In this document: positions 1 through 10,113 of the stretch, piece after piece
How the letters are laid out: each line of letters begins with the position of its first letter
How positions within the stretch are numbered: position 1 is the first letter of the stretch
Origin: a bacterium
Lineage (GTDB): Bacteria > Patescibacteriota > 4484-211 > GCA-002791395
Direction: 5' to 3'
Length of the DNA: 64,000 nucleotides
NCBI GenBank assembly: GCA_027002475.1
Contig: JALWZS010000038.1
Coordinates: forward strand, 46,032-110,031
Program-made: the position numbers and the translations under genes
Notes under the pieces: generated by a model
What the model saw: only the letters and a program-made list of their open reading frames with translations
The model's database searches: none
What the model was told of the DNA's origin: nothing

Positions 1-297
1 ACATTAACGGTTGAAGCGCATAAGGCCGGCTCTCATCAAAAAAAGGGGTGGGAAGAGTTTACCGATTACGTTATACAAAGGCTCTCAAGCGATAAAGAGC
101 ACCTTGTCTTTTTGCTTTGGGGGAGATATGCCAAAGAGAAAGGTAAAAATATTGACAGGACCAAGCATTTAGTTTTGGAAGCCGCTCACCCGTCGCCTTT
201 CTCGGCAGATAAAGGTTTTTTTGGTTGTAAGCATTTTAGTAAGACCAATGAGTACCTAGAAAAACATGGGAGTTTTCCGATAGTTTGGTTGGATTAG
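1..297 (+). CDS. ung: Uracil-DNA glycosylase, C-terminal part (5' end outside window)
   Basis: Frame-1 translation from nt 1 (TLTVEAHKAGSHQKKGWEEFTDYVIQ...HPSPFSADKGFFGCKHFSKTNEYL) matches the family-1 UDG C-terminus including the HPSP(L/F)SA motif. The ORF is open to the window edge. Confidence 0.8.
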   Translation, partial: TLTVEAHKAGSHQKKGWEEFTDYVIQRLSSDKEHLVFLLWGRYAKEKGKNIDRTKHLVLEAAHPSPFSADKGFFGCKHFSKTNEYLEKHGSFPIVWLD

Positions 298-337
298 GCT
301 TTTTGTTGTAAAAAAGGGTATAATGTCCCAGTAAAAA

Positions 338-1984
338 ATGAGTAAGGTTAAGTATATTTCCCTAGGAGGCTATGGCAATGTTACTCAAAACATGCATGCC
401 TTCGAGACAGAAAAAGACATAATAATAATTGATGCTGGAATTGGTTTCCCTGATAGTGAACAGCTAGGGGTTGATGTTGTTATCCCAGACACAACTTACC
501 TAAAGAAGCGAAAACATAAAATTAGGGCACTTGTTATAAGCCATGCACACGAAGACCATATTGGTGGTGTTCCTTATGTGATTGACGATTTAGGTAATCC
601 TCCAATTTATGCAACACGCTTAGCTCGTGCTTTTTTGCAAAACAAGTTGGCAGAACATAAAAAACTAAAAGGACAAAAAATAATTACAATCCAACCCGAT
701 ACGGCCTCTCTTAATTTTGGAGACTTTGAGATCGTTCCTTACCACGTTAATCACTCTATTCCCGAGGCTCAAGGTTTTTTTATTAGGACACCAGCGGGAA
801 ACATCGTTTATTCTCCTGATTATAAGTTTGACTGGACACCTATCGATGGGCAACTATTTGAAGTGGGAAAACTTGCAAGGCTTGCAACTGAAGGGGTTTT
901 GGCTCTTTTCTCTGATTGTCTTGGTGCGACAAGAGAAGGTTTTACAAAAAGCGAAAGGTCAATTCAAGATGTGTTTGAGAATATTATGGCTGATGCCACT
1001 GGACAGGTCTTTATTACAACGATGTCCTCAAATATTTCAAGGATGCAATTAGCGATTAACGCCTCAATGAAGTTTGGGCGCAAGGTCGTTCCTGTTGGGA
1101 GGAGCATTGTGCAAAACCTTGATATAGCTAGGAACCTTGGCTACATAAAAGCCCCAGACGCAACGTTTTTAGAATTACATGAGGCAAGGCGTTATAAACC
1201 AAGTAAACTAACCTACATAATTGCTGGTAGTTTTGGCCAAGAGGGATCAGCGCTGGACAGGCTCTCTCGCGGTGAAAACAGAAGCATAAAGCTAAAAAAG
1301 AATGCAGTTGTGATCTTTTCAGCAGATCCTATTCCGGGTGTACATGTACAAGTTGGTGCAATGATTGATCGTTTAATTAGTCAAGACGTAAAAGTCGTTT
1401 ACTCTGAGATTCAAGACAACTTGCATGTTAGTGGTCATGGAATTCAGGGCGATATGGCTTTGATGATCGGTTTAACTCAACCAAAGTATTTTGTGCCAAT
1501 TGGCGGTGAGGTTAGGCACCAGCACGCGTATCGAGAGCTGGTTTCTAATATGGGATTTGATCCTAACAACGTTTTTGAGCTAAAAAGTGGTGAGACCGTT
1601 GAGTTTGCTAAAAACAGCGCCAAGCTTGGTGACAAGGTCGAGGTTAAAGACGTGTTTGTTCATGGTAAATTGGTTGGGGATGTGGGGCAAACAATTCTTA
1701 GTGAGCGCTCGCAGCTCGCTGAAGAAGGGGTTGTTGTAATTGCTCTGCGTAAAGAAGGGGAACGGCTTAGCGATAAAGTCGTTGTTGAGAGCCGTGGTTT
1801 TGTTTATCGCTCATCTCACGATGAAATAACAAAAGAGGTTGTGTCTAAGGTGAAAAAGATTATTAAAGGACGCAAGATCTCTTCGTGGAAAGAGGTAAAA
1901 GAAGATGTCGAAAAACGAATTTCTGGGTTAATTTACACACGGATTAAGCGAAGACCAATGGTTGTTGTGGTGTTAGTTAACTAA
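338..1984 (+). CDS. rnj: Ribonuclease J (metallo-beta-lactamase/beta-CASP RNase)
   Basis: 548 aa with HAHEDHIGG zinc motif near the N-terminus. Length and architecture are typical of RNase J1/J2. Confidence 0.85.
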   Translation: MSKVKYISLGGYGNVTQNMHAFETEKDIIIIDAGIGFPDSEQLGVDVVIPDTTYLKKRKHKIRALVISHAHEDHIGGVPYVIDDLGNPPIYATRLARAFLQNKLAEHKKLKGQKIITIQPDTASLNFGDFEIVPYHVNHSIPEAQGFFIRTPAGNIVYSPDYKFDWTPIDGQLFEVGKLARLATEGVLALFSDCLGATREGFTKSERSIQDVFENIMADATGQVFITTMSSNISRMQLAINASMKFGRKVVPVGRSIVQNLDIARNLGYIKAPDATFLELHEARRYKPSKLTYIIAGSFGQEGSALDRLSRGENRSIKLKKNAVVIFSADPIPGVHVQVGAMIDRLISQDVKVVYSEIQDNLHVSGHGIQGDMALMIGLTQPKYFVPIGGEVRHQHAYRELVSNMGFDPNNVFELKSGETVEFAKNSAKLGDKVEVKDVFVHGKLVGDVGQTILSERSQLAEEGVVVIALRKEGERLSDKVVVESRGFVYRSSHDEITKEVVSKVKKIIKGRKISSWKEVKEDVEKRISGLIYTRIKRRPMVVVVLVN

Positions 1985-2062
1985 CGTTAAAGGGTATTGA
2001 GAGCTTTATATTAAGCTAACTCTTTTAAATACTTCGTTTCTTGTGATACAATTCGAGCCGAT

Positions 2063-2506
2063 ATGCCAACTATCAATCAATTAATTAGAAAAGGAAGAAA
2101 AAAGGCGGTTAAAAAAGCTAAGTCTGTCGCACTGAAAGGCACGTGGCACTCAGCTAAAAGAAAGATGACCCCAACGTCTAATCCTTTAAAGCGTGGTGTT
2201 GTGTTGCAAGTTAGGACAATGACGCCTAAAAAGCCAAACTCTGCACTTCGTAAGGTGGCTCGTGTTAGGCTTTCTAATCGCAAAGAAGTTACCGTTTATA
2301 TTCCTGGCGAAGGGCACAACTTGCAAGAACATAGTGTTGTTTTAATACGTGGTGGTCGTGTAAAAGACCTTCCAGGCGTTAAATATCATGTGGTACGTGG
2401 TGCACTAGATACTGCTGGTGTACAAGGACGAAAGACTTCGAGGTCAAAATATGGTGTCAAGGCCGAGGTTAAAGGACTCGGTAAGGGAAACGCTAGCGAG
2501 GAGTAA
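2063..2506 (+). CDS. rpsL: 30S ribosomal protein S12
   Basis: [14 protein letters not shown]... is the canonical S12 N-terminus. [17 protein letters not shown] is conserved. It carries a ~15-aa basic C-terminal extension. Confidence 0.95.
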   Translation: MPTINQLIRKGRKKAVKKAKSVALKGTWHSAKRKMTPTSNPLKRGVVLQVRTMTPKKPNSALRKVARVRLSNRKEVTVYIPGEGHNLQEHSVVLIRGGRVKDLPGVKYHVVRGALDTAGVQGRKTSRSKYGVKAEVKGLGKGNASEE

Positions 2507-2510
2507 TAAC

Positions 2511-2981
2511 ATGCCAAGGGGACGAAAAGTACAACGAAAACAAATTAGTCCAGATGAAGTTTATGGTGACGTTAAGGTCGCTAGATTCATTAATTACGTA
2601 ATGCTTGATGGCAAAAAAGATAAGGCCAAAAAGATTGTATATACAGCTTTTGAGAAGGCTGGGGAAAAGCTGGGCGAAGAACCGTTAGCGATATTCAATA
2701 AGGTTTTAGCAACAATCAAGCCTGAAGTAGAGGTTCGCTCAAGGCGTGTTGGCGGTGCAACATATCAAATCCCTGTTCCTGTTTCACAGCGACGTGGCGA
2801 GGCTTTAGCAATGCGGTGGATTATTGACGCGGCTCGCTCAAGGCAAGGTAGTCCTATGGCAGAAAAACTAGCCGAAGAGTTGGTTAACGCATATAACGGT
2901 GAGGGCGATGCGGCAAAGAAGAGGGAAAACGTTCACAAGATGGCAGAGGCAAACCGTGCCTTTGCACACTTTAAGTGGTAA
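2511..2981 (+). CDS. rpsG: 30S ribosomal protein S7
   Basis: True start taken at the internal MPRGRKVQRKQISPDEVYGD (canonical S7 N-terminus), 4 nt after the rpsL stop. The table ORF starting at 2418 overlaps rpsL and is an artefactual extension. Confidence 0.9.
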   Translation: MPRGRKVQRKQISPDEVYGDVKVARFINYVMLDGKKDKAKKIVYTAFEKAGEKLGEEPLAIFNKVLATIKPEVEVRSRRVGGATYQIPVPVSQRRGEALAMRWIIDAARSRQGSPMAEKLAEELVNAYNGEGDAAKKRENVHKMAEANRAFAHFKW

Positions 2982-3043
2982 GGTTATGCTTGGATTTTAC
3001 TTGTTATTGACACCCCTTAGCCCTCTGTTATAATTCCTACGTC

Positions 3044-5155
3044 ATGGCAGAAAGTCATAATACAAATACACCAATTAAAGATATCCGAAACATCGGAATT
3101 ATTGCTCACATCGATGCCGGTAAAACTACTACTACAGAGCGAGTTCTTTACTACACTGGTCGTACGTACAAGATTGGTGAGGTTCACGAAGGGGAAGCCG
3201 TTATGGACTGGATGGAGCAGGAGCAAGAACGTGGAATTACGATTCAGTCTGCTGCAACCACTACCTTTTGGCTAAAACATCGTATTAACATTATTGACAC
3301 TCCAGGTCACCTTGACTTTACTGCCGAGGTTGAAAGGGCTCTTCGTGTTCTTGACGGCGCGGTAATGGTTCTTGATGCGTCTGAAGGAGTTCAGGCTCAA
3401 ACCGAAAAGGTCTCAAGGCAAGCGGATAAGTACAACGTTTCAAGGATTTTGTTTATTAACAAGATGGATAAAGTTGGTGCCGATTTTGTTATGACTATGA
3501 ACGAGGTCCGAGACAGGCTAGATTTGCCTGCAGTTGCGTACAACTTCCCTATTGGTGCGGAAGGCGATTTTAAAGGAGTTGTAGATTTACTAAACTACGA
3601 AGCTGTTGTGTGGAGTGGTGAAGAGCTTGGTGCAAAGTTTGATAAGATTCCGTTTGACGAGTATGAAGAAGCAACCGGTGAACTTAGAGAACAGGTCAAA
3701 AAGTATCGCGAGGAGCTTATTGAAAAGATTTGTGAAACCGATGATGTGTTGCTCGAAAAATACTTAAATGGAGAAGAGCCAAGTGTAGACGAGTTAAAGA
3801 TTGCACTTCGCAAAGCTGTTATAGATTTAAGGATTGTTCCTTTATTGGCTGGAAGTTCCTTAAAAAACAAAGGTGTTCAACCCTTACTTGATGCAGTTGT
3901 TTGGTATTTGCCTTCTCCGGCTGAGGTTCCTGCCGCCAAGGGCGTAAACCCTGTTACAGGCGAAGAGGAAATAAGAAAGCCTGATCCGAACGGTCCATTT
4001 GCCGCATTGGCGTTTAAGGTACAAACAGACCCTTATGTTGGGCGGTTAACTTACTTTAGGGTTTATTCTGGGACTATTAAATCCGGTGACTCTGTTTATA
4101 ACGCAACTAAAGGAGTTAAAGACCGTGTCGGTCGTATTCTTTTGATGCATGCTAACGAACGAGAAGAGGTTGAGGAACTGTCTGCTGGAAATATTGGTGC
4201 GTCAGTTGGTTTAAAGGAAACTGTAACCTCGGAGACTATTTGTTCTGTAGAAAAGCCAATTGTCTTGGATACGATTACGTTCCCTGATCCTGTTATTGCA
4301 CTAGCGATTGAGCCAAAAACCAAGGCCGACCGAGAAAAGCTAGGTGAAGGATTGCGCAAGCTTCAGGAGGAAGATCCTACATTTAAACTAAAAACCGATG
4401 AAGAAACTGGACAGGCTTTAATTTCTGGAATGGGCGAGTTACATCTTGAGATTATGGTTGATAGGTTGAAGCGAGAGTTTAAGGTCGAGACTAATGTAGG
4501 GCGCCCACAAGTTGCGTACCGTGAAGCTATTACAAAGCCTGTTAAAGACGTTGTTGGGCAGTATATTCGTCAAAGTGGTGGTCGTGGTCAATATGGGCAT
4601 GTTGTTATCGATCTAGAGCCACTAGACAGAGGTATGGGGCGCGAGTTTGTTAATGCAATTAAAGGTGGCGTAATTCCAAGCGAATTTATCGCTCCTGTTG
4701 AGAAAGGTGTTTACGAAGCATTAGATAGTGGTGTTGTAGGTGGATATCCAGTTCAAGACATACGCATAACCCTACATGACGGTTCGTATCACGAAGTCGA
4801 CTCGTCTGAGATTGCATTTAAGATGGCTGGAACAATTGCTACAAAGGAAGGACTAAAAAAGGCAGATCCGGTGCTTTTGGAACCAATTATGGAGGTTCAA
4901 GTTGTAACCCCACAGGAGTTTATGGGAGATGTTATTGGAGATCTTTCAGGAAAGCGTGGGCAAATTAAAGAAACTAGCCAGAGGGGTAACTCTGTTGAAA
5001 TCTTAGCTTACGTTCCAATTGCTGAGATGTTTGGTTATGCAACTACACTAAGGTCGATGACGCAGGGCAGGGCAAGTTTCATGATGGTCCCGGCAAGATA
5101 TGAGATCGTTCCAAAAAACATTGCAGAAAAGGTTATCTCTGGGGCTAGCGAGTAG
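3044..5155 (+). CDS. fusA: Elongation factor G
   Basis: 703 aa with the GTPase motifs AHIDAGKTT and DTPGHLDF and full EF-G domain order. Confidence 0.95.
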   Translation: MAESHNTNTPIKDIRNIGIIAHIDAGKTTTTERVLYYTGRTYKIGEVHEGEAVMDWMEQEQERGITIQSAATTTFWLKHRINIIDTPGHLDFTAEVERALRVLDGAVMVLDASEGVQAQTEKVSRQADKYNVSRILFINKMDKVGADFVMTMNEVRDRLDLPAVAYNFPIGAEGDFKGVVDLLNYEAVVWSGEELGAKFDKIPFDEYEEATGELREQVKKYREELIEKICETDDVLLEKYLNGEEPSVDELKIALRKAVIDLRIVPLLAGSSLKNKGVQPLLDAVVWYLPSPAEVPAAKGVNPVTGEEEIRKPDPNGPFAALAFKVQTDPYVGRLTYFRVYSGTIKSGDSVYNATKGVKDRVGRILLMHANEREEVEELSAGNIGASVGLKETVTSETICSVEKPIVLDTITFPDPVIALAIEPKTKADREKLGEGLRKLQEEDPTFKLKTDEETGQALISGMGELHLEIMVDRLKREFKVETNVGRPQVAYREAITKPVKDVVGQYIRQSGGRGQYGHVVIDLEPLDRGMGREFVNAIKGGVIPSEFIAPVEKGVYEALDSGVVGGYPVQDIRITLHDGSYHEVDSSEIAFKMAGTIATKEGLKKADPVLLEPIMEVQVVTPQEFMGDVIGDLSGKRGQIKETSQRGNSVEILAYVPIAEMFGYATTLRSMTQGRASFMMVPARYEIVPKNIAEKVISGASE

Positions 5156-5239
5156 GATTATTCTTAGCTACGATGTATATATATTCGTTGGGTAGATAAT
5201 GCTATAATTCGAGTACATTTTGAAGGGGGGTGAGCAGAT

Positions 5240-6424
5240 ATGGCAAAAGAACAATTTGAACGAACAAAACCACACTTAAACGTAGGAACTATTGGTCACG
5301 TTGACCATGGTAAAACCACATTGACGGCTGCTATTACAAAGGTGCTTTCAGAGATGGGCCAAGCTGAGTTCGTTGAGTTTGAGAACATCGACAACGCTCC
5401 TGAAGAAAGAGAACGTGGAATTACGATTAACATTACTCACGTTGAGTATGAAACTCCTAATCGTCACTACGCTCACATCGATGCACCTGGTCACAGGGAC
5501 TACATCAAAAACATGATTACTGGAGCTGCTCAGATGGATGGTGCCATTTTGGTGGTGTCAGCAGCTGACGGTCCAATGCCTCAAACTAGAGAGCACATCT
5601 TGTTAGCACGTCAGGTGAACGTTCCAAAACTTATTGTGTTCATGAACAAGATGGACATGGTTGATGACCCAGAACTAGCCGATCTTGTTGAGGTCGAAAT
5701 CAGGGAGCTTCTAGAAAAGTATGAATACCCTGAGGACACTCCAATCATCCGCGGTTCAGCGTTGAAGGCTCTTGAAGGCGATGCTGAAGCAGTTGAGTCA
5801 ATCAAGAAGCTTGTTGAGACAATGGACGAGTACTTTGAGGTTCCAGAACGTGATACAGACAAGCCTTTCTTAATGCCAATTGAGGACGTATTCTCAATTG
5901 AAGGTCGAGGAACTGTCGTTACAGGTCGAATCGAGCGCGGAAAGGTGAAGGTCGGTGAAGAGGTCGAGATTGTCGGAATGAAAGATGAGACAACAAAGAC
6001 TGTCGTGACTGGTGTGGAGATGTTCAGGAAGGAACTCCAAGAGGGTATCGCTGGCGACAACGTCGGGTTACTCTTGCGTGGTATCAAGAAGGACGACGTT
6101 GAGCGAGGTCAGGTAGTAGCTGCACCAGGCTCAATAACTCCTCACACAGAGTTCGAGGCTGAGGTTTATGTTCTATCTAAAGATGAAGGTGGAAGGCACA
6201 CACCATTCTTTAGTGGATACAGACCACAGTTTTACATCAGAACTACAGACGTTACAGGTGAGGTTACACTCGCTGACGGTGTAGAGATGGTAATGCCTGG
6301 CGATAACGTTACCTTTAAGGTAAAACTCATTCAGCCAGTAGCATTAGAGGAAGGTATGCGCTTTGCTATCCGCGAAGGCGGAAGTACTGTCGGAGCTGGA
6401 GTCGTAACTAAAGTCGTTAAGTAA
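5240..6424 (+). CDS. tuf: Elongation factor Tu
   Basis: 394 aa with GHVDHGKTT and DAPGHRDY, diagnostic EF-Tu sequence throughout. Confidence 0.97.
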   Translation: MAKEQFERTKPHLNVGTIGHVDHGKTTLTAAITKVLSEMGQAEFVEFENIDNAPEERERGITINITHVEYETPNRHYAHIDAPGHRDYIKNMITGAAQMDGAILVVSAADGPMPQTREHILLARQVNVPKLIVFMNKMDMVDDPELADLVEVEIRELLEKYEYPEDTPIIRGSALKALEGDAEAVESIKKLVETMDEYFEVPERDTDKPFLMPIEDVFSIEGRGTVVTGRIERGKVKVGEEVEIVGMKDETTKTVVTGVEMFRKELQEGIAGDNVGLLLRGIKKDDVERGQVVAAPGSITPHTEFEAEVYVLSKDEGGRHTPFFSGYRPQFYIRTTDVTGEVTLADGVEMVMPGDNVTFKVKLIQPVALEEGMRFAIREGGSTVGAGVVTKVVK

Positions 6425-6531
6425 GAAAGAGTAATAAACGCGCGCTATTTACTCTTTCAACGACGCAAAAGTTGCGACCACGACTTAAATAGTCGTGCTC
6501 AGAAGATGGTCTTCTGATTTACCGCTTTGGG

Positions 6532-6540
6532 TGGTATAAT
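6532..6540 (+). promoter_or_regulatory. Extended -10 promoter element (TGgTATAAT) upstream of rpsJ
   Basis: TGnTATAAT at 6532-6540, ~110 nt upstream of the rpsJ ATG and downstream of three consecutive hairpins following tuf. No good -35. Confidence 0.35.
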
Positions 6541-6649
6541 CGGGAGACCTCTTTTGAGGGGAGTATGTTTGAGAGTTGTAGGGTTGAAGAGTTGTAGGGA
6601 AAATACTCTGCAACACGCAACACTTAAACTCTTCAACGATTAACTAAAC

Positions 6650-6955
6650 ATGGCAGGCAGAATAAGAGTACGATTACAATCTTATGACTACAAGGTGCTA
6701 GATCAAGCATCTGAGGAGATATTGGACGCAGTGTTGCAGTCTGGCGCTGAAGTTATTGGTCCTGTTCCCCTGCCTACCGTTGTTGAGAAGTTCACTGTTA
6801 TTAGAGGTCCTCACATTGATAAAAGATCTCAAGAAACCTTTGAACAGCGTACTCATAAGCGTTTAATTGATATTCTAAATCCTAATCCAAGAACACTAGA
6901 TTCCCTTTCTAACCTAGATTTGCCTGCAGGGGTAAGCATCGAGATTAAGATGTAA
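6650..6955 (+). CDS. rpsJ: 30S ribosomal protein S10
   Basis: 101 aa, [19 protein letters not shown]... is canonical S10. Confidence 0.95.
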   Translation: MAGRIRVRLQSYDYKVLDQASEEILDAVLQSGAEVIGPVPLPTVVEKFTVIRGPHIDKRSQETFEQRTHKRLIDILNPNPRTLDSLSNLDLPAGVSIEIKM

Positions 6956-7001
6956 CGCTTGTCTTTGCAATCCTTTTATTTATCCTTATAATTACTTTAC
7001 T

Positions 7002-8819
7002 GTGACGAGTAAGGAAATCTTAGACAAATACATCAATTTCTATAAAGAGCGTGGGCACGTGCAAATCCCTAACGTTTCTTTGGTTCCTGGTGGTGACTCT
7101 ACATTGCTTTTTGTGAACTCAGGGATGTTTCCATTAGTTCCTTACTTAGCAGGAGAGCCACATCCTGCTGGAAAACGATTAGTTAACATTCAGCGCTCTA
7201 TTAGGTTTGAAGATATTGATGAGGTTGGAGATAACCGTCATACAACGTGCTTTCATATGATTGGGAACTGGAGTCTTGGAGACTACTTTAAAAAAGAGCA
7301 ACTGCCTTGGATTTGGCAGTTTTTTGTTGAAGAGTTGGGCATGGATATTAATAAGATGTATGGGACTGTGTTTAGTGGTAATGAATATGCACCAAAGGAT
7401 GAAGTTTCGATTAGTCTCTTAAAAGAGATTTTCCCGAAGTATGGCATAGATGATCCAAAAGAAGGTGAGCGAATCTTTGCGTATGAAGGGAATTGGTGGC
7501 AGCGCGGTGATGCTATTGGTGAGCTTGGCGGTCCTGATAGCGAGGTGTTTGTCTATATTGGAGACGAGGGCACAGGATTTGGTAAAGACCCTGAGGAGTA
7601 CGAAGATGAATTTCTGGAAATAGGCAACTCGGTTTTTATGCAGTTTGTTAAAACCGAAAATGGTTGGGAGGAGTTACCTCAAAAAAACGTTGACTTTGGT
7701 GGAGGATTTGAGCGGATTGCGCTAGTTGTTCAGGGTAAAAAGGATATCTTTGAAACAGATAACTTTTGGCCAATTATTGAAAAGATTGAGGAACTTTCTG
7801 GGAAGAGTTACTACGAGAGTGAAGAAATAAAAAGAGTTATGCGGATTTTGGCCGACCATATACGCTCGTCTACGTTTATCGCTATGGATGGCGTTGTTCC
7901 AAGTAATAAAGATCAAGGATATGCTCTTCGTCGATTCCTTCGTCGTATGGTAAGGTTTGCAAGAAAAATTGGAATTAACGAAAACGTTGCTGGCTCGCTT
8001 GTCCCGACTGTTGCCAGTATGTTTGAGTGGTTGTATCCAGATTTGCCAAGCAAACAAGCAAACATAATTAGCTTGTTTGTTGAGGAAGAGGAAAAATTTG
8101 GTAAAACTCTTGCTAAGGCGGCTAAAAAGGTTTCAAAAAGACTAGACAATTTTGGTGGAGACTCGGCAAATCTAGCTGAGATTGCCTTTGACCTTTTTCA
8201 ATCCATGGGGTATCCACCAGAGATGTTGTTAGAAGATGCAACCGATAGAGGGATTGAGGTTAATGACGAGGAATTCTACAAAGTATATAAGGATAAGTTT
8301 AAAAAACACCAGGAAGGTTCAAGGCAAGGTGCTGAGGCTAAATTTAAAGGGGGATTGGCGGATCATAGTGAACAGGTTGTCAAATACCATACAACGACAC
8401 ATTTACTCCATTGGGCACTAAGACAGGTACTAGGAGAAAATGTTGTTCAACACGGTAGCAATATCACAGGAGAGCGCTTAAGGTTTGATTTTAACCACGA
8501 TGCCAAACTAACACAGGAGGAGGTCGAAAAAGTAGAGAATTTAGTAAATGAAAAGATTAAGGAAGGGCTTAATGTCGATTTTGTAATAATGCCAAAAGAA
8601 GAGGCACTCAAAACTGGTGCAATTCATGCTTTTGGGGAAAAGTACGGAGACGACGTTAAGGTCTATTTTATCGGGGATTCGTTAGAAAATGCAGTAAGTA
8701 AGGAGTTTTGTGGTGGTCCACACGTTAAAAACACCTCTAAGCTAGATCCGATAAAAATATATAAGCAAGAGTCTGTAGGGAAAGGTGTTAGAAGGATATA
8801 TGCCAAGAAGGTGGAATAG
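7002..8819 (+). CDS. alaS: Alanine--tRNA ligase, short form ending after the editing domain
   Basis: GTG start. Class II AlaRS catalytic core (FYKERGH, SLVPGGDSTLLFVNSGM) plus editing-domain Zn motifs HTTTHLLHWAL and CGGPHV. Only 605 aa, so no C-Ala domain. Confidence 0.85.
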   Translation: MTSKEILDKYINFYKERGHVQIPNVSLVPGGDSTLLFVNSGMFPLVPYLAGEPHPAGKRLVNIQRSIRFEDIDEVGDNRHTTCFHMIGNWSLGDYFKKEQLPWIWQFFVEELGMDINKMYGTVFSGNEYAPKDEVSISLLKEIFPKYGIDDPKEGERIFAYEGNWWQRGDAIGELGGPDSEVFVYIGDEGTGFGKDPEEYEDEFLEIGNSVFMQFVKTENGWEELPQKNVDFGGGFERIALVVQGKKDIFETDNFWPIIEKIEELSGKSYYESEEIKRVMRILADHIRSSTFIAMDGVVPSNKDQGYALRRFLRRMVRFARKIGINENVAGSLVPTVASMFEWLYPDLPSKQANIISLFVEEEEKFGKTLAKAAKKVSKRLDNFGGDSANLAEIAFDLFQSMGYPPEMLLEDATDRGIEVNDEEFYKVYKDKFKKHQEGSRQGAEAKFKGGLADHSEQVVKYHTTTHLLHWALRQVLGENVVQHGSNITGERLRFDFNHDAKLTQEEVEKVENLVNEKIKEGLNVDFVIMPKEEALKTGAIHAFGEKYGDDVKVYFIGDSLENAVSKEFCGGPHVKNTSKLDPIKIYKQESVGKGVRRIYAKKVE

Positions 8820-8842
8820 CTTCCTCATTAAGGAAAGTACAA

Positions 8843-8935
8843 GTTTCAAACGACAATACACAAATGTAAAACACGCAAAACATCATTATGTCCTCTAGTT
8901 TGTTTGGTCCTTTTAGCTTTTGCGGTTTGGTATTT
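8843..8935. repeat. CA-rich/TG-rich imperfect long palindrome (family copy 1)
   Basis: gtttcaaacgacaatacacaaatgtaaaacacgcaaaaca ... gtttgtttggtccttttagcttttgcggtttggtatttg. A CA-rich arm is followed by a partly complementary TG-rich arm. Confidence 0.4.
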
Positions 8936-8988
8936 GCCAGACACATTGCCATTTTTGTTAAAAAAAGCTACATTTAGGGTGTTAAATA

Positions 8989-10113
8989 ATGAAAGTACCA
9001 AAGTTAAAACTCTTTAGAAAAAAGGAAGACCACTTTAACATTATTGATTTGGGTACAACTAATGTTAAGGTCGCTGTCGTACGTGAAGCCGATGACTTGC
9101 GGGAACGTGAGGTACGCGGTGAAGCTACTCGCTTGCAGCCTGTTGGAAATATGTACGGTGGTCAGATAATGAATTTAGACGGCGTAATAGAGATTGTAGG
9201 GCAAGCCCTAGATGAAGCAGTTCTTAAGGCGTCGGTTAGTCCGCGTCGTACAGTTCTAGGGCTTAGCGGCGGAATAATGGTGCCGAAGTCTTTTAAGGTT
9301 CGGGTTAAAAGACAGTCGCCTGATGAGCCTTTAGATGATAAGGAGTTTGACGTCTTGGCAAAGCAGATTGAAAACAAAACGATGGATAAGGCTTTAACTG
9401 ATCTTGAAGCTCTTGGCAACGATAAGTACGTGAGGGTGGAAACGATATTTACGGATTACTTTGTAGATGGCGCTCGAGTTAGTTCTCCGCTGGGTCTTCC
9501 CGGTTCTTCGCTAGAAATTACATTACTGCACTACTTTATGGAAGAGACAAAGCTAAGAGGTTTTAATAACTTGGTAGATCAGTTGGATTTGGAAGTTGTT
9601 TCTATGGTTGATACTGCAGTTAATGCAGCAATAAATTGGATGAGCAAATACGGAGACTTTTCATTACTTGACATTGGTGGAGATGCAACTCAGATAATCG
9701 TTGTTTCCAATGGAAAGGTCGCGTTAAGCGAGTGCCTTTTTGTTGGTGGAATCGATGTTACGCAGGCTATCTCTGAAAGAGTAAAGGTTTCATATGAAGA
9801 GGCAGAGTCGTTAAAGTTAAAGTATGCCCAGGCTCAAGTTCCACATGAAAAGCTACAAGATGTGAGGAGTGCAATTACCGATGTTGTAGATATCATAATC
9901 GACGGTGTGGTAGAAGCATTTCGAAATAGTGGAATTGAGGAAATGCCAAACACTATTTTAATAGGCGGTGAGTCGCGGCATTTGCATGAGTTTAAGACTG
10001 CATTGTCCAGTTTCCCGTGGACCAAGGAACAAAACTTTAGCGTCTTTCCTAAAATAGAATTAGTGCCTGGTAAAGATCCTAATTTTGAAGGGTTACTAAA
10101 AATTGAGTTATGA
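8989..10113 (+). CDS. Actin-like ATPase of the FtsA/PilM family
   Basis: 374 aa. N-terminal IIDLGTTNVKVAVV phosphate-1 motif. LDIGGDATQIIVV (DxGGGTT-like) and VGGIDVTQAISERVKVSYEEAESLKLKY resemble FtsA/PilM. Confidence 0.55.
   Translation: MKVPKLKLFRKKEDHFNIIDLGTTNVKVAVVREADDLREREVRGEATRLQPVGNMYGGQIMNLDGVIEIVGQALDEAVLKASVSPRRTVLGLSGGIMVPKSFKVRVKRQSPDEPLDDKEFDVLAKQIENKTMDKALTDLEALGNDKYVRVETIFTDYFVDGARVSSPLGLPGSSLEITLLHYFMEETKLRGFNNLVDQLDLEVVSMVDTAVNAAINWMSKYGDFSLLDIGGDATQIIVVSNGKVALSECLFVGGIDVTQAISERVKVSYEEAESLKLKYAQAQVPHEKLQDVRSAITDVVDIIIDGVVEAFRNSGIEEMPNTILIGGESRHLHEFKTALSSFPWTKEQNFSVFPKIELVPGKDPNFEGLLKIEL

Noticed and set aside
298-337. A sigma70 promoter for rnj from the TATAAT at 319-324
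   Set aside because: No acceptable -35 sits at 16-18 nt spacing, and a -10 alone in AT-rich sequence is weak evidence.
2418-2510. N-terminal extensions of table ORFs for rpsG (2418), rpsM (30213), rpsD (30978), atpC (57195), the SpoU methyltransferase (49653), the multicopper oxidase (to 44489) and the two small TM genes
   Set aside because: In each case an internal Met matches the canonical family N-terminus and avoids overlap with the neighbouring gene, so the shorter coordinates were used.
3595-3870. Minus-strand ORFs inside fusA, tuf and other genes (e.g. 3595..3870, 4096..4359, 5611..6087, 16677..17063, 52399..52722)
   Set aside because: These are antisense to strongly supported conserved genes. 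Their translations are low-complexity Ser/Thr/Ala-rich or GVGVG-like strings, typical of reverse-strand read-through of coding sequence.
8989-10113. Calling the actin-like ATPase specifically FtsA or specifically PilM
   Set aside because: The shared motifs fit both families. No ftsZ or pilN/pilO/pilT neighbours are present to decide, so it is left as FtsA/PilM-family.
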